DNA of 50,313 nt from a bacterium. GTDB lineage: Bacteria; Electryoneota; Electryoneia; Electryoneales; Electryoneaceae. The position numbers and the translations under genes were made by a program. Location of the stretch: positions 1-50,313 of the forward strand of contig JAZDLX010000076.1 in assembly GCA_043801585.1 (NCBI GenBank), given 5' to 3'. Positions 9,123-19,695 of the stretch are shown here, piece by piece (positions within the stretch are counted from its first letter, which is position 1; each line of letters starts with the position of its first letter). The notes below the pieces were generated by a model. The model did no database searches, was not told the DNA's origin, and saw only the letters and a program-made list of their open reading frames with translations.

Positions 9123-12100
9123 ATGCGAAGCCTATCCACCCGGTTTCTCTTGTTGACAGGTCTGATGATTATCGCCGGACCCATTCTTGCTGAAGAGGAA
9201 CCTCCTTATGCACGGTGGCCCGACATTCAGGGAAACCGTGTCGTGTTCACCAGCGACGATGACCTTTGGATTGCCAGCCTTGACGGCGGCTCAGCGACCC
9301 GATTGACCTCTCACGTGGGGCAGGAGCGCAACGCGGTTTTCAGCGCCGACGGAAAATGGATCGCCTTCACCGGACAGATGTATGGAAACTACGATGTCTT
9401 TGTCATTCCTGCATCAGGAGGTGAACCTCGCCGTCTGACCTACTGGAACTTAAACGATGAGGTCGCCGGGTGGACGAGCGACGGGAAAGTGCTGTTCCAG
9501 TCGGATCGGCAACCACCCTTCCGCGCGGTGGAACTGTACGCCGTGGATCCGAATGGCGGATTTCCTGAAAAACTGCCCTACCTGCGTGCGAGCCACATCG
9601 CCTGGGAGCCGGGCGGCAAACGTGTCGCGCTGGTTCGCAACAACCTCGCCTGGGTCGAATGGAACCGGTATCATGGCGGTCAGGCGGATAAAATCTGGAT
9701 TGGTGATCCCACGGTTCCTGAATTCACAAAGGTCAGTCACGGCGAGGGCAACGAATCCTGGCCGATGTGGCATGGCAACGGCCGCATTTATTACGTCGCG
9801 GATTACGAAGGCCGGGAGAATCTCTGGTCGATGATGCCGGACGGTTCCGATCTGCGCCAGGAAACCAACATGGAACGCTTCGACGTGCGTTATCCGCGCA
9901 TGCGTGGCAACCTGATTGTGTTCCAGAATGGTGCGGACCTGGCGATTTTCAACGTCACAACCCGTGAGCTGCGCAAACTGGAGTTGAACGTTCCCAGCGA
10001 CCTGGTGCAGGCGTCAAGACGGTTTCTCGATCCCAACGAGTGGGTGGACGGCTGGTCGCTGAGCGCGAAAGGAGAACGGCTGGTTGTCTCCTCCCGGGGG
10101 GAGGTGTACACACTCCCCGTCAAAGGCAAGGGGCTGATCCGGCGCTGGACTCGCAGCAGCGGCAGCCGCGAACAATCGGTCCATTTTGTCGGCAAAGGCG
10201 GAACGTTGCTGGCGATCACCGATGCCGGAAACGAAATGGCCGTGATCAAGCTTGACAAACCGCTCGGCGAGATGGTGCCGGTGGAGAAGGATAACGACTC
10301 ATCCTGGAAAGACCTGGTGGTTCCCTCGCCGGACGGCAACTACGCCGCACTCGCCACCGGTGACCAGCGGTTGTGGTTGATTGATCTTGAGAAGGGCACA
10401 CGGAAACAGATTGACCGGGGAGGCTGGGAGTTTACCGAGATCGCCTGGTCGCCGGACAGCCGCTGGATTGCTTACACACATGTCGAGGGCGAAGACGAGA
10501 TCACTATCCTCTACATCTATGACACGCAGACGGGGAAGAACGTCCGTGTCAGCGATCCCCATTTCAATACAAGCAGTCCCGCCTGGGACTTTGACGGCCG
10601 TTTCCTCTATTGTGTCAGCGAGCGGAACTTCGACTACAACCAGGACTACAGCAGAGGCTTGTTCACGTTCAAGGGCACAAACGTTCTCGCCCTGTACCGT
10701 TTGAGAAACAACGTACCGAGTCCGAGTCTGCCGCATGGAGATGTTGCTGATGACGGCCTTGCTGAGGCTCCCTGGCTGACCAAAGCCGGCAACGGGAAAA
10801 AGAAGGAGAAGAAGAAAGACGACGACACGCCGGAACCGGTCGTCATCGAATTTGAGGGATTGTCCCAGCGTATGGAAGCCCTCTCGGAAAAGGCAGGGAA
10901 CTACGGCGGTCTCACCGGGGTGGAGGATAAGCTCTATTTCGAAGAGTACGACGACGTTGACACCGTGCTGAAGCTCTACGATCTCGCGAAAGGGGAATCG
11001 GAGAGTGTGATGTCGGGCATTTCAGAATATGAGGTCAGCCAGGATCGTTCGACGATTGTCGTTCGAGCGGAAAAATCCTGGTACTGGGGCAAAACAGGAT
11101 CAGCCTCCCTCGATAAAGAGAGCGACAATACCGTATCCACCGAGGGATGGGAGCTGGAAGTCCAGCCTCAGCTCGAATGGCAACAGATTCTGCACGAGGC
11201 GTGGCGTCAGGAGCGGGAGTTTTTCTACGACAAATTCCACAACGGCGTTGACTGGAATGAAGTGCTAACGCGGTACGGTTCCCTGCTGAAACGTGTGCGG
11301 ACACGCGATGACCTGAACGATCTGATCCGCGAGATCCAGGCGGAACAGTCCACGGGCCACTCCTTCATCGGACGCGGCGATCTTCCCAAGGTTGATGAGG
11401 TTGACACCGGTCTGCTCGGAGTCGAATTTGAGCCGGATGCCGCAAACGACGTCTACAGGATCGTGAAGGTGTATTCACCCGAACCGGGGAGCCCGAACGG
11501 CGCAAGTCCACTGCTTGTGGCGGATCCCACCGCCGGTCCCGGCACCTACCTGTTGGCGGTCGATGGCCGTCCCGCGAAAGCGTCTCAGAATATCTATCGT
11601 TTGTTTGAGGGCAAGGCGGGAGTGCCGGTGGCGTTGCTGCTCAACGACAAGCCGACACGGAAAGATGCGCGGGAAGTGATTGTCACCCCCATCTCCTCGG
11701 AGTACCAGCTGCGGCTCGACTCCTGGATCGCGGAGAAGCGTGACTACGTGATGAGCAAGAGTGACGGCAAGGTAGGCTTTGTTTACCTGCCTGACATGTC
11801 CGGTCGCGGTATGTGGCGGTGGGGACGGGATTACTACCCGCAACGCCAATTGCCCGGACTGATCGTCGATGATCGCTACAATTCCGGCGGAAACGTCAGC
11901 GAATATTTCCTCAAGGAAATGGCCGCCCCGATTCACACCCTGCAATCCTCCCGCTACGGCGGATGGGAGACCAAGCCCCACGGCTCCTTCTTCGGCCACG
12001 CCGCCCTGCTGATCAACGGAACCACCTTCTCGGACGGCGAAACCTTCGCCAATGCGATCAAGACCACCGGGTTTGCCCCGTTGATCGGAACGCGCACGTC

Positions 12101-12374
12101 CGGAGGCGGAGTCTGGTGGTGGGCGAGACGGCCACTGCTCGACCGCGGTCTCGTGGTGGTTCCAGAGTTCGCGTCCTGGTCGCCGACCACTGGAAAGTGG
12201 GTTGTCGAGGGCACGGGTATTTCGCCGGATGTTGAGCTCGTCAACGATCCTGCCAGCGAATTGCGGGGTGAAGACAGGCAGCTTGACAAAGCGATCGAAA
12301 CGGTCTTGAAGAAGATTGAGGAGGAACCCCACATCTTTGCTCCACGCCCGGAGCGGGGTCCTGACGCGAAGTAA
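9123..12374 (+). CDS. Tricorn-like S41 protease (exported)
   Basis: Signal peptide, PD40/beta-propeller repeats, TGHSF, PDZ-like region, DDRYNSGG, catalytic SDG (TFSDGE), IGTRTSGG, VEGTGISPD. Confidence 0.93.
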   Translation: MRSLSTRFLLLTGLMIIAGPILAEEEPPYARWPDIQGNRVVFTSDDDLWIASLDGGSATRLTSHVGQERNAVFSADGKWIAFTGQMYGNYDVFVIPASGGEPRRLTYWNLNDEVAGWTSDGKVLFQSDRQPPFRAVELYAVDPNGGFPEKLPYLRASHIAWEPGGKRVALVRNNLAWVEWNRYHGGQADKIWIGDPTVPEFTKVSHGEGNESWPMWHGNGRIYYVADYEGRENLWSMMPDGSDLRQETNMERFDVRYPRMRGNLIVFQNGADLAIFNVTTRELRKLELNVPSDLVQASRRFLDPNEWVDGWSLSAKGERLVVSSRGEVYTLPVKGKGLIRRWTRSSGSREQSVHFVGKGGTLLAITDAGNEMAVIKLDKPLGEMVPVEKDNDSSWKDLVVPSPDGNYAALATGDQRLWLIDLEKGTRKQIDRGGWEFTEIAWSPDSRWIAYTHVEGEDEITILYIYDTQTGKNVRVSDPHFNTSSPAWDFDGRFLYCVSERNFDYNQDYSRGLFTFKGTNVLALYRLRNNVPSPSLPHGDVADDGLAEAPWLTKAGNGKKKEKKKDDDTPEPVVIEFEGLSQRMEALSEKAGNYGGLTGVEDKLYFEEYDDVDTVLKLYDLAKGESESVMSGISEYEVSQDRSTIVVRAEKSWYWGKTGSASLDKESDNTVSTEGWELEVQPQLEWQQILHEAWRQEREFFYDKFHNGVDWNEVLTRYGSLLKRVRTRDDLNDLIREIQAEQSTGHSFIGRGDLPKVDEVDTGLLGVEFEPDAANDVYRIVKVYSPEPGSPNGASPLLVADPTAGPGTYLLAVDGRPAKASQNIYRLFEGKAGVPVALLLNDKPTRKDAREVIVTPISSEYQLRLDSWIAEKRDYVMSKSDGKVGFVYLPDMSGRGMWRWGRDYYPQRQLPGLIVDDRYNSGGNVSEYFLKEMAAPIHTLQSSRYGGWETKPHGSFFGHAALLINGTTFSDGETFANAIKTTGFAPLIGTRTSGGGVWWWARRPLLDRGLVVVPEFASWSPTTGKWVVEGTGISPDVELVNDPASELRGEDRQLDKAIETVLKKIEEEPHIFAPRPERGPDAK

Positions 12375-12398
12375 CGTGTATCCATATTTCGTGTTATG

Positions 12399-12426
12399 GC
12401 GACCCTCTGCCATGGGTCGCTTTTTT
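12399..12426 (+). terminator. Intrinsic terminator after the tricorn gene
   Basis: GCGACCC-N8-GGGTCGC followed by TTTTTT. Confidence 0.75.
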
Positions 12427-12652
12427 GTTCACAAAGAGAATAATTGACTCTCGACATGCACCGATTCTCCACATCGGTGGAAGGACTGGAAGGTTTTCGT
12501 TACTTTTCTGTCTGAGCAACTTCTTTCGTCCGGTTTGCGTGGATTTGAAACGCAAACGCAATTTTACGGATTCTGATGCCAATCCGGTAAGTTGTTCAGG
12601 CGGTCGACATATGAAAGACAGTTCAGTGCATCATCCACCTGGAGGGGAACGT

Positions 12653-14416
12653 ATGGCACATTCGCGGAGCCGCTTTGCTACTCTTGTCCGAAGCCCGGTG
12701 GAATCCTCGGCGGCCATTACGGATAAGAGGCGGATCGAGAATGAAGCGACAATCCATGTAAACGACGAAACCGTTCATTCATTCATCGAATTTTCGGGAT
12801 TGAAACAATCCGATCTGATTCGCCTGCAACGGACCCGCAAAGAGTTGCTGGCGGGAGTGGAAACGGTGACAAAACAGATTTGCGCCGTAATAATGGAGTC
12901 GGCCGATGGCCGTCGCATGGATCCGAAAAACAAAACCAGGCTGCATCGCACCGTCAGAAACCTTCTGGAATCCGTCCTCGAATCCGAGCTGAACGATGAA
13001 TGGGTGTCAGCGTCGAAGGCTGCGGGTTCCTCTCTCAGGGACATGGGAATCGACGGCTGCGGGTTGTACGCACTCGCCGCACGCGCCCTGACAGTTTTTT
13101 CCCCTTTCATTGCCGGCATCCATCGCCGTGCGGAGCGGGAAGCCGTGCGCAACGCACTGGCGGTGCGTCTGGCACTTGAAATGTCGGTCGTTGCGTTGGG
13201 CGCACGTCCTCAGGGCGTCAGCGAGCTTCAGACGATAAAACAGCGCGATGCCGATCTCGCGTTTTTGAATGGGCTGATTCGTGAGGCTGCGAGCATTGGT
13301 GATCTGACCTCCCGAAGCGACCTCACCCGGTTTCCAGAATTCCTTCGTGACACCGTGGCCGCAATCAACGAGCTGCTCGATTCCATCCTGCTGCCGCTGC
13401 GTGAAGCGATCGAAGTGCTCGAAAAAGTACATGACCGTGATTTGACGCCGCGGTTGATCAAGGAATATGCGGGGGACTACAAACTGATCCCGAGAGCGTT
13501 GAACCCTGCCCTCGACCAGTTGATGGAAGCCTTGCGCACCGTGGCGGATGCCGCACAACGCGTCGAAGAAGGGGCGGCGAAGGTTTCGGAGACCAGCCAA
13601 TCCATCGCTGCGGGAGCAACCGAACAGGCGAGCACCCTCGAACAGATTCGCGCCGCCGTGGAGGAACTGACGGAACGAACCCGAAGCAACGCGAAGAAAG
13701 CCAATGAAACGAGCCGGTTAGCGCAGGAAGCGGAAGATCACGCTGAAAAGGGGAACAAGCAGGTTCAGGCGATGGTTCGAGCAATGGAAGGGGTGTCCCG
13801 CTCAGCGGATGAAATATCGCAGATTATCCTGGTGATCGAGGATATCGCTTTCCAGACCAAGAACCTCGCGCTGAACGCCGGGATCGAGGCGTCACGGGCG
13901 GGTGTGCAGGGGACACGGTTTGCCGTCGTCGCTCGTGAAGTGCGTGATCTCGCGGAACGTTCTGCGCACGCCGCCTCAGAAACCGCCCAATTGATCGAAA
14001 AAACCCTCTCACGCGTGCACGAAGGAGTCGCGGTCGTTGGACAAACCGAAAGTTCACTGGAATCGATCACCCAGGCAGTGCGTGAAGCGACCGCACAGGT
14101 TCTCGGGATTGCGGAGGTGACCGGTGACCAGGCACGGGGAATTGAACAGGTGAACATCGCACTCGAGCAAGTCGAGATCGTCACGCAAAACACGGCACAG
14201 AGCAGCGAAGCAGGTGCGGCGGTTGCCGGGGAACTGTCGAGGGAAGCCGTGCGGTTGCGCGAGGAGGTAAACCAATTCAAGATCGAGGTGGTTGTGCGCG
14301 TAAAGAGAACGTCCATGGATGATGACGCTTTCGGAAGGCTTTCCTCTCACTACCACACCAGCGGTGTGGACCGCCACGAGAGCGAAGAGAACGAGGGTGG
14401 TTTCGAGGCATTCTGA
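12653..14416 (+). CDS. Cytoplasmic methyl-accepting chemotaxis protein with globin-like N-terminal domain and HAMP-like linker
   Basis: IAFQTKNLALNAGIEASRAG..FAVVAREVRDLA hairpin; no TM segment; C-terminal pentapeptide GFEAF; GGAGG RBS at 12641. Confidence 0.9.
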   Translation: MAHSRSRFATLVRSPVESSAAITDKRRIENEATIHVNDETVHSFIEFSGLKQSDLIRLQRTRKELLAGVETVTKQICAVIMESADGRRMDPKNKTRLHRTVRNLLESVLESELNDEWVSASKAAGSSLRDMGIDGCGLYALAARALTVFSPFIAGIHRRAEREAVRNALAVRLALEMSVVALGARPQGVSELQTIKQRDADLAFLNGLIREAASIGDLTSRSDLTRFPEFLRDTVAAINELLDSILLPLREAIEVLEKVHDRDLTPRLIKEYAGDYKLIPRALNPALDQLMEALRTVADAAQRVEEGAAKVSETSQSIAAGATEQASTLEQIRAAVEELTERTRSNAKKANETSRLAQEAEDHAEKGNKQVQAMVRAMEGVSRSADEISQIILVIEDIAFQTKNLALNAGIEASRAGVQGTRFAVVAREVRDLAERSAHAASETAQLIEKTLSRVHEGVAVVGQTESSLESITQAVREATAQVLGIAEVTGDQARGIEQVNIALEQVEIVTQNTAQSSEAGAAVAGELSREAVRLREEVNQFKIEVVVRVKRTSMDDDAFGRLSSHYHTSGVDRHESEENEGGFEAF

Positions 14417-14472
14417 AAGTCTATGGATTGGTCACTTTACTCGTTCACACTCCTGTACGCCACGGAAAAAGT

Positions 14473-14512
14473 AATCACCCTGAACCCGCCGGTTGCGGGT
14501 TCAGGGTGATTT
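14473..14512. terminator. Bidirectional terminator between convergent MCP and 5'-nucleotidase genes
   Basis: AATCACCCTGAACCCGC-cggtt-GCGGGTTCAGGGTGATT perfect inverted repeat. Confidence 0.85.
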
Positions 14513-14542
14513 AATGGCAACAGGTGCGTTTGTACCGGACGG

Positions 14543-16039
14543 TTATTGACGCGGAGCCGTATCCAGGTAATTGTCCAATGGGTCGTCAGCGGACGTGTTC
14601 AACTGCTGAATCTTCGCGATCATCGGTTCACGGAAATTCCACCCCGTGTAATAGGGGTTGGGTTCGATCTGTGCCAGGTCGATTGTGTAATCCGCTGAGT
14701 GGAAGTAGTAATAGTCCGTAATCAGCATATCATAGGTTGAGTCCGTAGCGATCGGTGTGCCGTCGAGGAACTGGTAGCCTCCGACGGCCGTCATCCCGCC
14801 ATAGCGTAGCAGGGTTCCCTGTTCATCGAGGAAAGCCGTCAACTCCGATCCGGTGATCGGCATCCGGATGATTTCGTTGTCGAAGGGGAGGATCCCGACG
14901 ATTGTTGCGAGCGTGATGTTACCCGCGGGAATGCCGGCGCGAAAACCGCCGAGATTCGAAATGGCGAGATCTCCATCAAGGTTCATTTCCAGCCAGGAGT
15001 CCAGCGCCAGGTTTGTGAGTCCATAGGAACTTCGGGAGATTTCCGCGGAGGCGTAACCGATCACCGTTCCAAGTACTTCATCGAGTCGAACCTGCCAGGA
15101 GGATACAATCCCGGCGACAGTGGCATCGGAGCCTGTTTCGCTATTCTCGATGAGTTCCGGGGTGGTTGTGGTGACTGTTCCGTCCTCATCGAAGATCAAC
15201 CGCGCTCTGCCATAGAGGTTGAAGGCGTAGTTGGCCATCACCAAGTTGGTGCCGCTGTTTTCCTCGGCGATGAATTCGTTGGTGTGCCCGCCGCCGACCA
15301 TGGATACTCCGAGTTCGGCGGCAACCGGGGCAAGCGCACGCAGTTCATAGCCGGAAATGTGGGCGATGACCACCACCGCCTCGGCTCCCTCCTCGAACGC
15401 CCGGGGCACATACTCACGAAGCGCCGACTCATAATTACCCACTGTCAATCCCGCAACGTTCACCGGGAAATTCAATTCGACGGTGTAGCGGTTCGCCAGT
15501 CCGACAACCGCGATCATGCGCAACCCCTCTTCAAGCATGACATAGGGCTGGAGGTAATCGGGAAATTCGCCGGACGAGGTTTCCGTGACATTCGCGGCGA
15601 GGATCGGGAAGTTCATCTGATCCGCTCGGAGGGCGAGGGTGTCGGGACCGAAATCAAATTCGTGGTTTCCGAGCGCTGCGGCGTCGTAACCCATGGCGTT
15701 CATCACCTCCACCATCGGCTCGCCGGAAAACCAGGTACTGATCGCGGGTCCGGTCCACATGTCACCTCCGGAGAGGATCAGGAAGCCATCGGAGGTCGTC
15801 ATTCCCTCCTGGCTGGTCCAGAGGTTCATCATCTCCGCCGCGCCACCAGTACTACCCTCGCGTACCATCCAGCCGTGTTCATCGTTTGTGTAGAGGACTG
15901 TGATTGTGTCGAGAGGCACGAGAGGGTTGTCATGGAACTCCCCATTGTCTTCCGCCTTCTCGCAACCAATGAGGAAAAGCATCGGGAACACGGAGAGCAG
16001 GAGGACGAGCGCACTTCTGCAGCGAAAAGACTTCATCAC
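14543..16039 (-). CDS. Bifunctional metallophosphatase / 5'-nucleotidase lipoprotein
   Basis: Lipobox LIGC; TNDEHG, GGDMWTG, LGNHEFD, GGHTN; C-domain NLGGFRA, ILPFDN. Confidence 0.93.
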   Translation of the reverse strand: MMKSFRCRSALVLLLSVFPMLFLIGCEKAEDNGEFHDNPLVPLDTITVLYTNDEHGWMVREGSTGGAAEMMNLWTSQEGMTTSDGFLILSGGDMWTGPAISTWFSGEPMVEVMNAMGYDAAALGNHEFDFGPDTLALRADQMNFPILAANVTETSSGEFPDYLQPYVMLEEGLRMIAVVGLANRYTVELNFPVNVAGLTVGNYESALREYVPRAFEEGAEAVVVIAHISGYELRALAPVAAELGVSMVGGGHTNEFIAEENSGTNLVMANYAFNLYGRARLIFDEDGTVTTTTPELIENSETGSDATVAGIVSSWQVRLDEVLGTVIGYASAEISRSSYGLTNLALDSWLEMNLDGDLAISNLGGFRAGIPAGNITLATIVGILPFDNEIIRMPITGSELTAFLDEQGTLLRYGGMTAVGGYQFLDGTPIATDSTYDMLITDYYYFHSADYTIDLAQIEPNPYYTGWNFREPMIAKIQQLNTSADDPLDNYLDTAPRQ

Positions 16040-16089
16040 GGTCTCCTTCGTGAATATTTGGTTGACGCGAAGAGAATCGGGAGTGGAAA

Positions 16090-16692
16090 TCAGCTTTCAT
16101 CGACAGTCAGCAGCACACGGACCACGTTGCGTCCGGTATCCACGTAGCAGGCGTGCAGGTGCAAACCCTCACCCGAATGTTCAATGTCTCCTTTTTCTCT
16201 GTAACACCGGTCGATCACGTCCCACTCGAGTGATGTCGGTTGGGGCGGAGCGGCAAAGTCCTCCGAGACAAGCCTCCGTTTGACGTTGCCGTCATCGACA
16301 ATCGTCAGCACACCACGAATGTAGGCAAGCCGCCGTCTCGCGATCGCCTCGAAACTGGCGTGTGGGAAAACTTCTTTCAACTCGCGAAGGCTGCGCCACG
16401 CATCAGGTGCAAAATCGCCGTGGGGAAGGAGAAGTTCAGAGGCGAGTTGATTCGCCTCGGCTTCCTCATCAGGTGCGACTCCATCGTTGTGTCCGAGCAG
16501 GATGTGCGCCGCTTCATGAGCCAACGCAAAATTCTTTCGTTCCTGCGGAAGAGAAGCGTCCAGAACGACAACGGGTCCATCCGGGCTGTCGTATTTGTAC
16601 GCAGTGACTCCTCCGGCGAGAGCGGTTTCCTCTCGCAGGAGCACTCTGTGCTCGGCGGCGAATTCCTTTGCCCATCCGACAGCATCAGTCAT
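16090..16692 (-). CDS. ImmA/IrrE-family (DUF955) metallopeptidase
   Basis: RKNFALAHEAAH (HExxH) and EAEANQLASELLLP; ATG 16692 overlaps the stop of the upstream gene. Confidence 0.85.
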   Translation of the reverse strand: MTDAVGWAKEFAAEHRVLLREETALAGGVTAYKYDSPDGPVVVLDASLPQERKNFALAHEAAHILLGHNDGVAPDEEAEANQLASELLLPHGDFAPDAWRSLRELKEVFPHASFEAIARRRLAYIRGVLTIVDDGNVKRRLVSEDFAAPPQPTSLEWDVIDRCYREKGDIEHSGEGLHLHACYVDTGRNVVRVLLTVDES

Positions 16693-18223
16693 CGTTGTCA
16701 CCATTGCCCGTGTCGTCTTCGAAGTCGCCGTTAACGCCAAAGGCGACAATCTCGTATTTCTTCATCAACCGGTAGAGTGTCGCCCGCCCCAGTCCAAGTT
16801 TTTTCGCTGTCAGGGAGATGTTGCCATTGCAGGCGTTGTACGCCTGGCGAATGGCCCATGCCTTGATCTCGTTGAACGTGGGGACATCCTCGGGGGTACG
16901 GAAAGGGGACAACATCTCCGAGTCGGACGTTGCGGCAGAAAGCGGCAGCAGCGATTCGACCTCAGGGGGTATCTGGGATTCATCCGTGACAACCTGTTCG
17001 CGATTTTCCTCTGGAGCTAAAGACCTGATTGATTCGGGGAGGTCGGCGACACAGACGAAATCCTCCTCGGCGAGGACCACCGCCCGGCCGATGACATTCT
17101 CGAGTTGGCGGACATTTCCCGGCCAATCAAAGCGATTGAAGGCATTCAGCGCCGCACGTGTGATTCCATTTACGTTCTTCCGTCCGAGGTGATGCCGTTG
17201 CTTGTCGAGAAAATGGATAGAGAGCAGCTCGATGTCCTCCCGCCGCTCCCGAAGGGGAGGAATGACGACGGGGAACGCGTTAATCCGGTAATAAAGGTCT
17301 TCCCGAAACCGTCCCTCTTTCAATTCCTTCTCAAGATCACGCTGGGTGGCGCAGATCAGCCGAACGTCGATGGGAATTGGACGAACACCGCCAACCCGGT
17401 CGATTTCGCCTTCCTGAATCGCCCGAAGCAGCTTCGCCTGAACGCCGGTTTCCAGCTCTCCGATTTCATCGAGGAAAAGGGAGCCGCCGTGAGCGAGTTC
17501 GAATTTTCCGATCTTCTGTTCCGTAGCTCCGGTGAACGATCCTTTTTCATGGCCGAACAGTTCGCTCTCGACAAGTTCACGGGGGATTGCAGCGCAATTG
17601 ACCACGACGAACGGTTCGCTGCCACGGATGCCGTTAAAGTGAACCGCGCGGGCGATCAGTTCCTTCCCCGTCCCGGATTCACCGAGAATCAGCACGGCGA
17701 TGTCATTGTCGAGCGTCTTTTCGATGAGGCGAAAGATGTTCAGCATTGATTCGCTGCGGCCGATCAACCGGTCGAACAGATGAGCCTTTCGCACTTCCTG
17801 GCGGAGGCGTGAAAGCTGTGCGGAAACACGCCGATGCGCCGCGGCATGCTTCGCCACCGAGGTGAGGGTTTCAGTATCCACGGGTTTGACGAGATAGTCA
17901 TAAGCTCCCAGGCGAAGCGCTTCGACCGCGACAGAGACCTTTTCCTGACCGCTGACGACGATCACTGGCAGCAACGGATCGATGTTCTGGATACGTTTCA
18001 GCGTCTCGCTGCCGCCGATTCCCGGCATCATCAGGTCAAGCAGGACTGCGGAACGTTCGTGGTTGGTTTCAAGCGCCTCGATGGCTGCTTCACCGCTGTA
18101 AACGATATCCGAGGCAAGTCCGGCACGTGCGAGAATGCGTGCAAACTGAGATGCGAGATCCCTGTCATCGTCTACGATCAAAACGGGTTGAAGCGATTGT
18201 GATAAATGGGTTGTCATTGCCAT
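16685..18223 (-). CDS. Sigma-54-dependent response regulator (NtrC/AtoC family)
   Basis: Receiver (VDDD, LLDLMMP, KP); AAA+ GESGTGKE, GSFTGA, LFLDEIG, WPGNVRQL; Fis HTH AKKLGLGRATLYR. Confidence 0.95.
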   Translation of the reverse strand: MAMTTHLSQSLQPVLIVDDDRDLASQFARILARAGLASDIVYSGEAAIEALETNHERSAVLLDLMMPGIGGSETLKRIQNIDPLLPVIVVSGQEKVSVAVEALRLGAYDYLVKPVDTETLTSVAKHAAAHRRVSAQLSRLRQEVRKAHLFDRLIGRSESMLNIFRLIEKTLDNDIAVLILGESGTGKELIARAVHFNGIRGSEPFVVVNCAAIPRELVESELFGHEKGSFTGATEQKIGKFELAHGGSLFLDEIGELETGVQAKLLRAIQEGEIDRVGGVRPIPIDVRLICATQRDLEKELKEGRFREDLYYRINAFPVVIPPLRERREDIELLSIHFLDKQRHHLGRKNVNGITRAALNAFNRFDWPGNVRQLENVIGRAVVLAEEDFVCVADLPESIRSLAPEENREQVVTDESQIPPEVESLLPLSAATSDSEMLSPFRTPEDVPTFNEIKAWAIRQAYNACNGNISLTAKKLGLGRATLYRLMKKYEIVAFGVNGDFEDDTGNGDNDD

Positions 18224-18414
18224 TTGCTCTCCCGGGGCAGGGTAAGCGTGACTAAGGATGATACAATTTTCACGAATCACCATGCAGGGAGAATCCTTAT
18301 CCCGATGAATTCATCCTCTCCGGCTCCCTTATCGCTGCCCATATCCGATCCCCCCTGACCGGTGTCTTTTCAGGACCGTATATTGGTCCGTTTTGATTGA
18401 AGGTGGGACTGATT

Positions 18415-19695
18415 ATGCGACGTTCTCCCCTGGCCATCATACTGCTGACGGTCTTCATCGCCCTGATCGGATTCGGCATTGTCATTCCGCTGATTCCGGT
18501 GTACGCTGAACGGTACGGCGCGTCCGGGATGCAGGTTGGAATGCTGATCATGGTGTACAGCCTGATGCAGTTCATCTTCGCTCCCCTCGCAGGCCGGCTT
18601 TCGGACAAGATCGGGAGGCGGCCTGTACTTATCGGCGCACTGATTATCACCTCCAGCTCCTATGTCCTGTTTGCCCTCTCCCACAACCTGCATATGCTGT
18701 TCATCAGCCGCATCCTGGCGGGGTTGGGGGGAGCGGATATTACCGTAGCGCAGGCCTATATCGCAGATGTCACACCACCCGAGAAACGGGCTCGCGGGAT
18801 GGGGCTTTTCGGGGCGGCGTTCGGTGTGGGTTTCGTCGTCGGTCCGGCTCTCACGGGTGTCACGGCGCCCCTGGCGGAATGGCTTCCGGCCGCGATCGCG
18901 GCAGTGCTGGCGGGAACGACAGCGATAGTCGCCATGGTGCTGCTGCCGGAGCCGAGCACTCGTGCGCAACGAGCTTCAACAGCGTTAAAAGAGCCATACC
19001 GTGCCTCGAAGCCCGTGATCACCATCAGCGCCGTTTATTTCCTCGTCACTTTTTCGGTTACCCAGTTTCAGGCAATGATTGTCCTGTTCACCCTGAAACT
19101 GTTTGGTTGGGGTGCATCAAAGAACGGCTTGTTCATCGCGGGATTTGCCACATTGGGCGCGATCATTCAGGGTGGTTTCATGGGCAGGCTCGCTGCTCGT
19201 TTCGGCGAGCGCAACCTTACCCGCACAGGACTGATTCTTGTGGGTTTGGGATTGACTCTCGCGGGGAATGCAGGTCAGCTCGTTCCACCCGGTGGGGTTG
19301 TCCATTTTGGACCCACCCTCGCTGATCTCCTCACGGATACGGGAAGGCTTTGGGTTCTCTTTGGCGGAGCGCTGGTGTATGCCATAGGCTTTGCGGTAAC
19401 GATCCCTTCGCTTTCGACCCAGATCAGCCAGCGGTCACCGCAAGGCCGCCAGGGCCAGGCGCTTGGCATCTATCAATCATCCGGATCTTTCGGCCGTATC
19501 GTCGGACCGGTCGCTGGAGGCTTTCTTTTTGACCATATCGGCATCGCCGCACCGATGCTCGCGGGGGGTGCTGTTGCGATTCTGACCGGAATCGCCAGCA
19601 TCGTTCTCTTTGCCGGAGCGGAATGGGCAGGCCCACCACCCAAACTTGCCGGTATCAAATCGAGTCTTAGCGAAACGGTTCCGCCATCGTCGTGA
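18415..19695 (+). CDS. TetA-like (DHA1) MFS transporter
   Basis: GRLSDKIGRRP motif A, AQAYIAD, GFVVGPAL antiporter motif. Confidence 0.9.
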   Translation: MRRSPLAIILLTVFIALIGFGIVIPLIPVYAERYGASGMQVGMLIMVYSLMQFIFAPLAGRLSDKIGRRPVLIGALIITSSSYVLFALSHNLHMLFISRILAGLGGADITVAQAYIADVTPPEKRARGMGLFGAAFGVGFVVGPALTGVTAPLAEWLPAAIAAVLAGTTAIVAMVLLPEPSTRAQRASTALKEPYRASKPVITISAVYFLVTFSVTQFQAMIVLFTLKLFGWGASKNGLFIAGFATLGAIIQGGFMGRLAARFGERNLTRTGLILVGLGLTLAGNAGQLVPPGGVVHFGPTLADLLTDTGRLWVLFGGALVYAIGFAVTIPSLSTQISQRSPQGRQGQALGIYQSSGSFGRIVGPVAGGFLFDHIGIAAPMLAGGAVAILTGIASIVLFAGAEWAGPPPKLAGIKSSLSETVPPSS

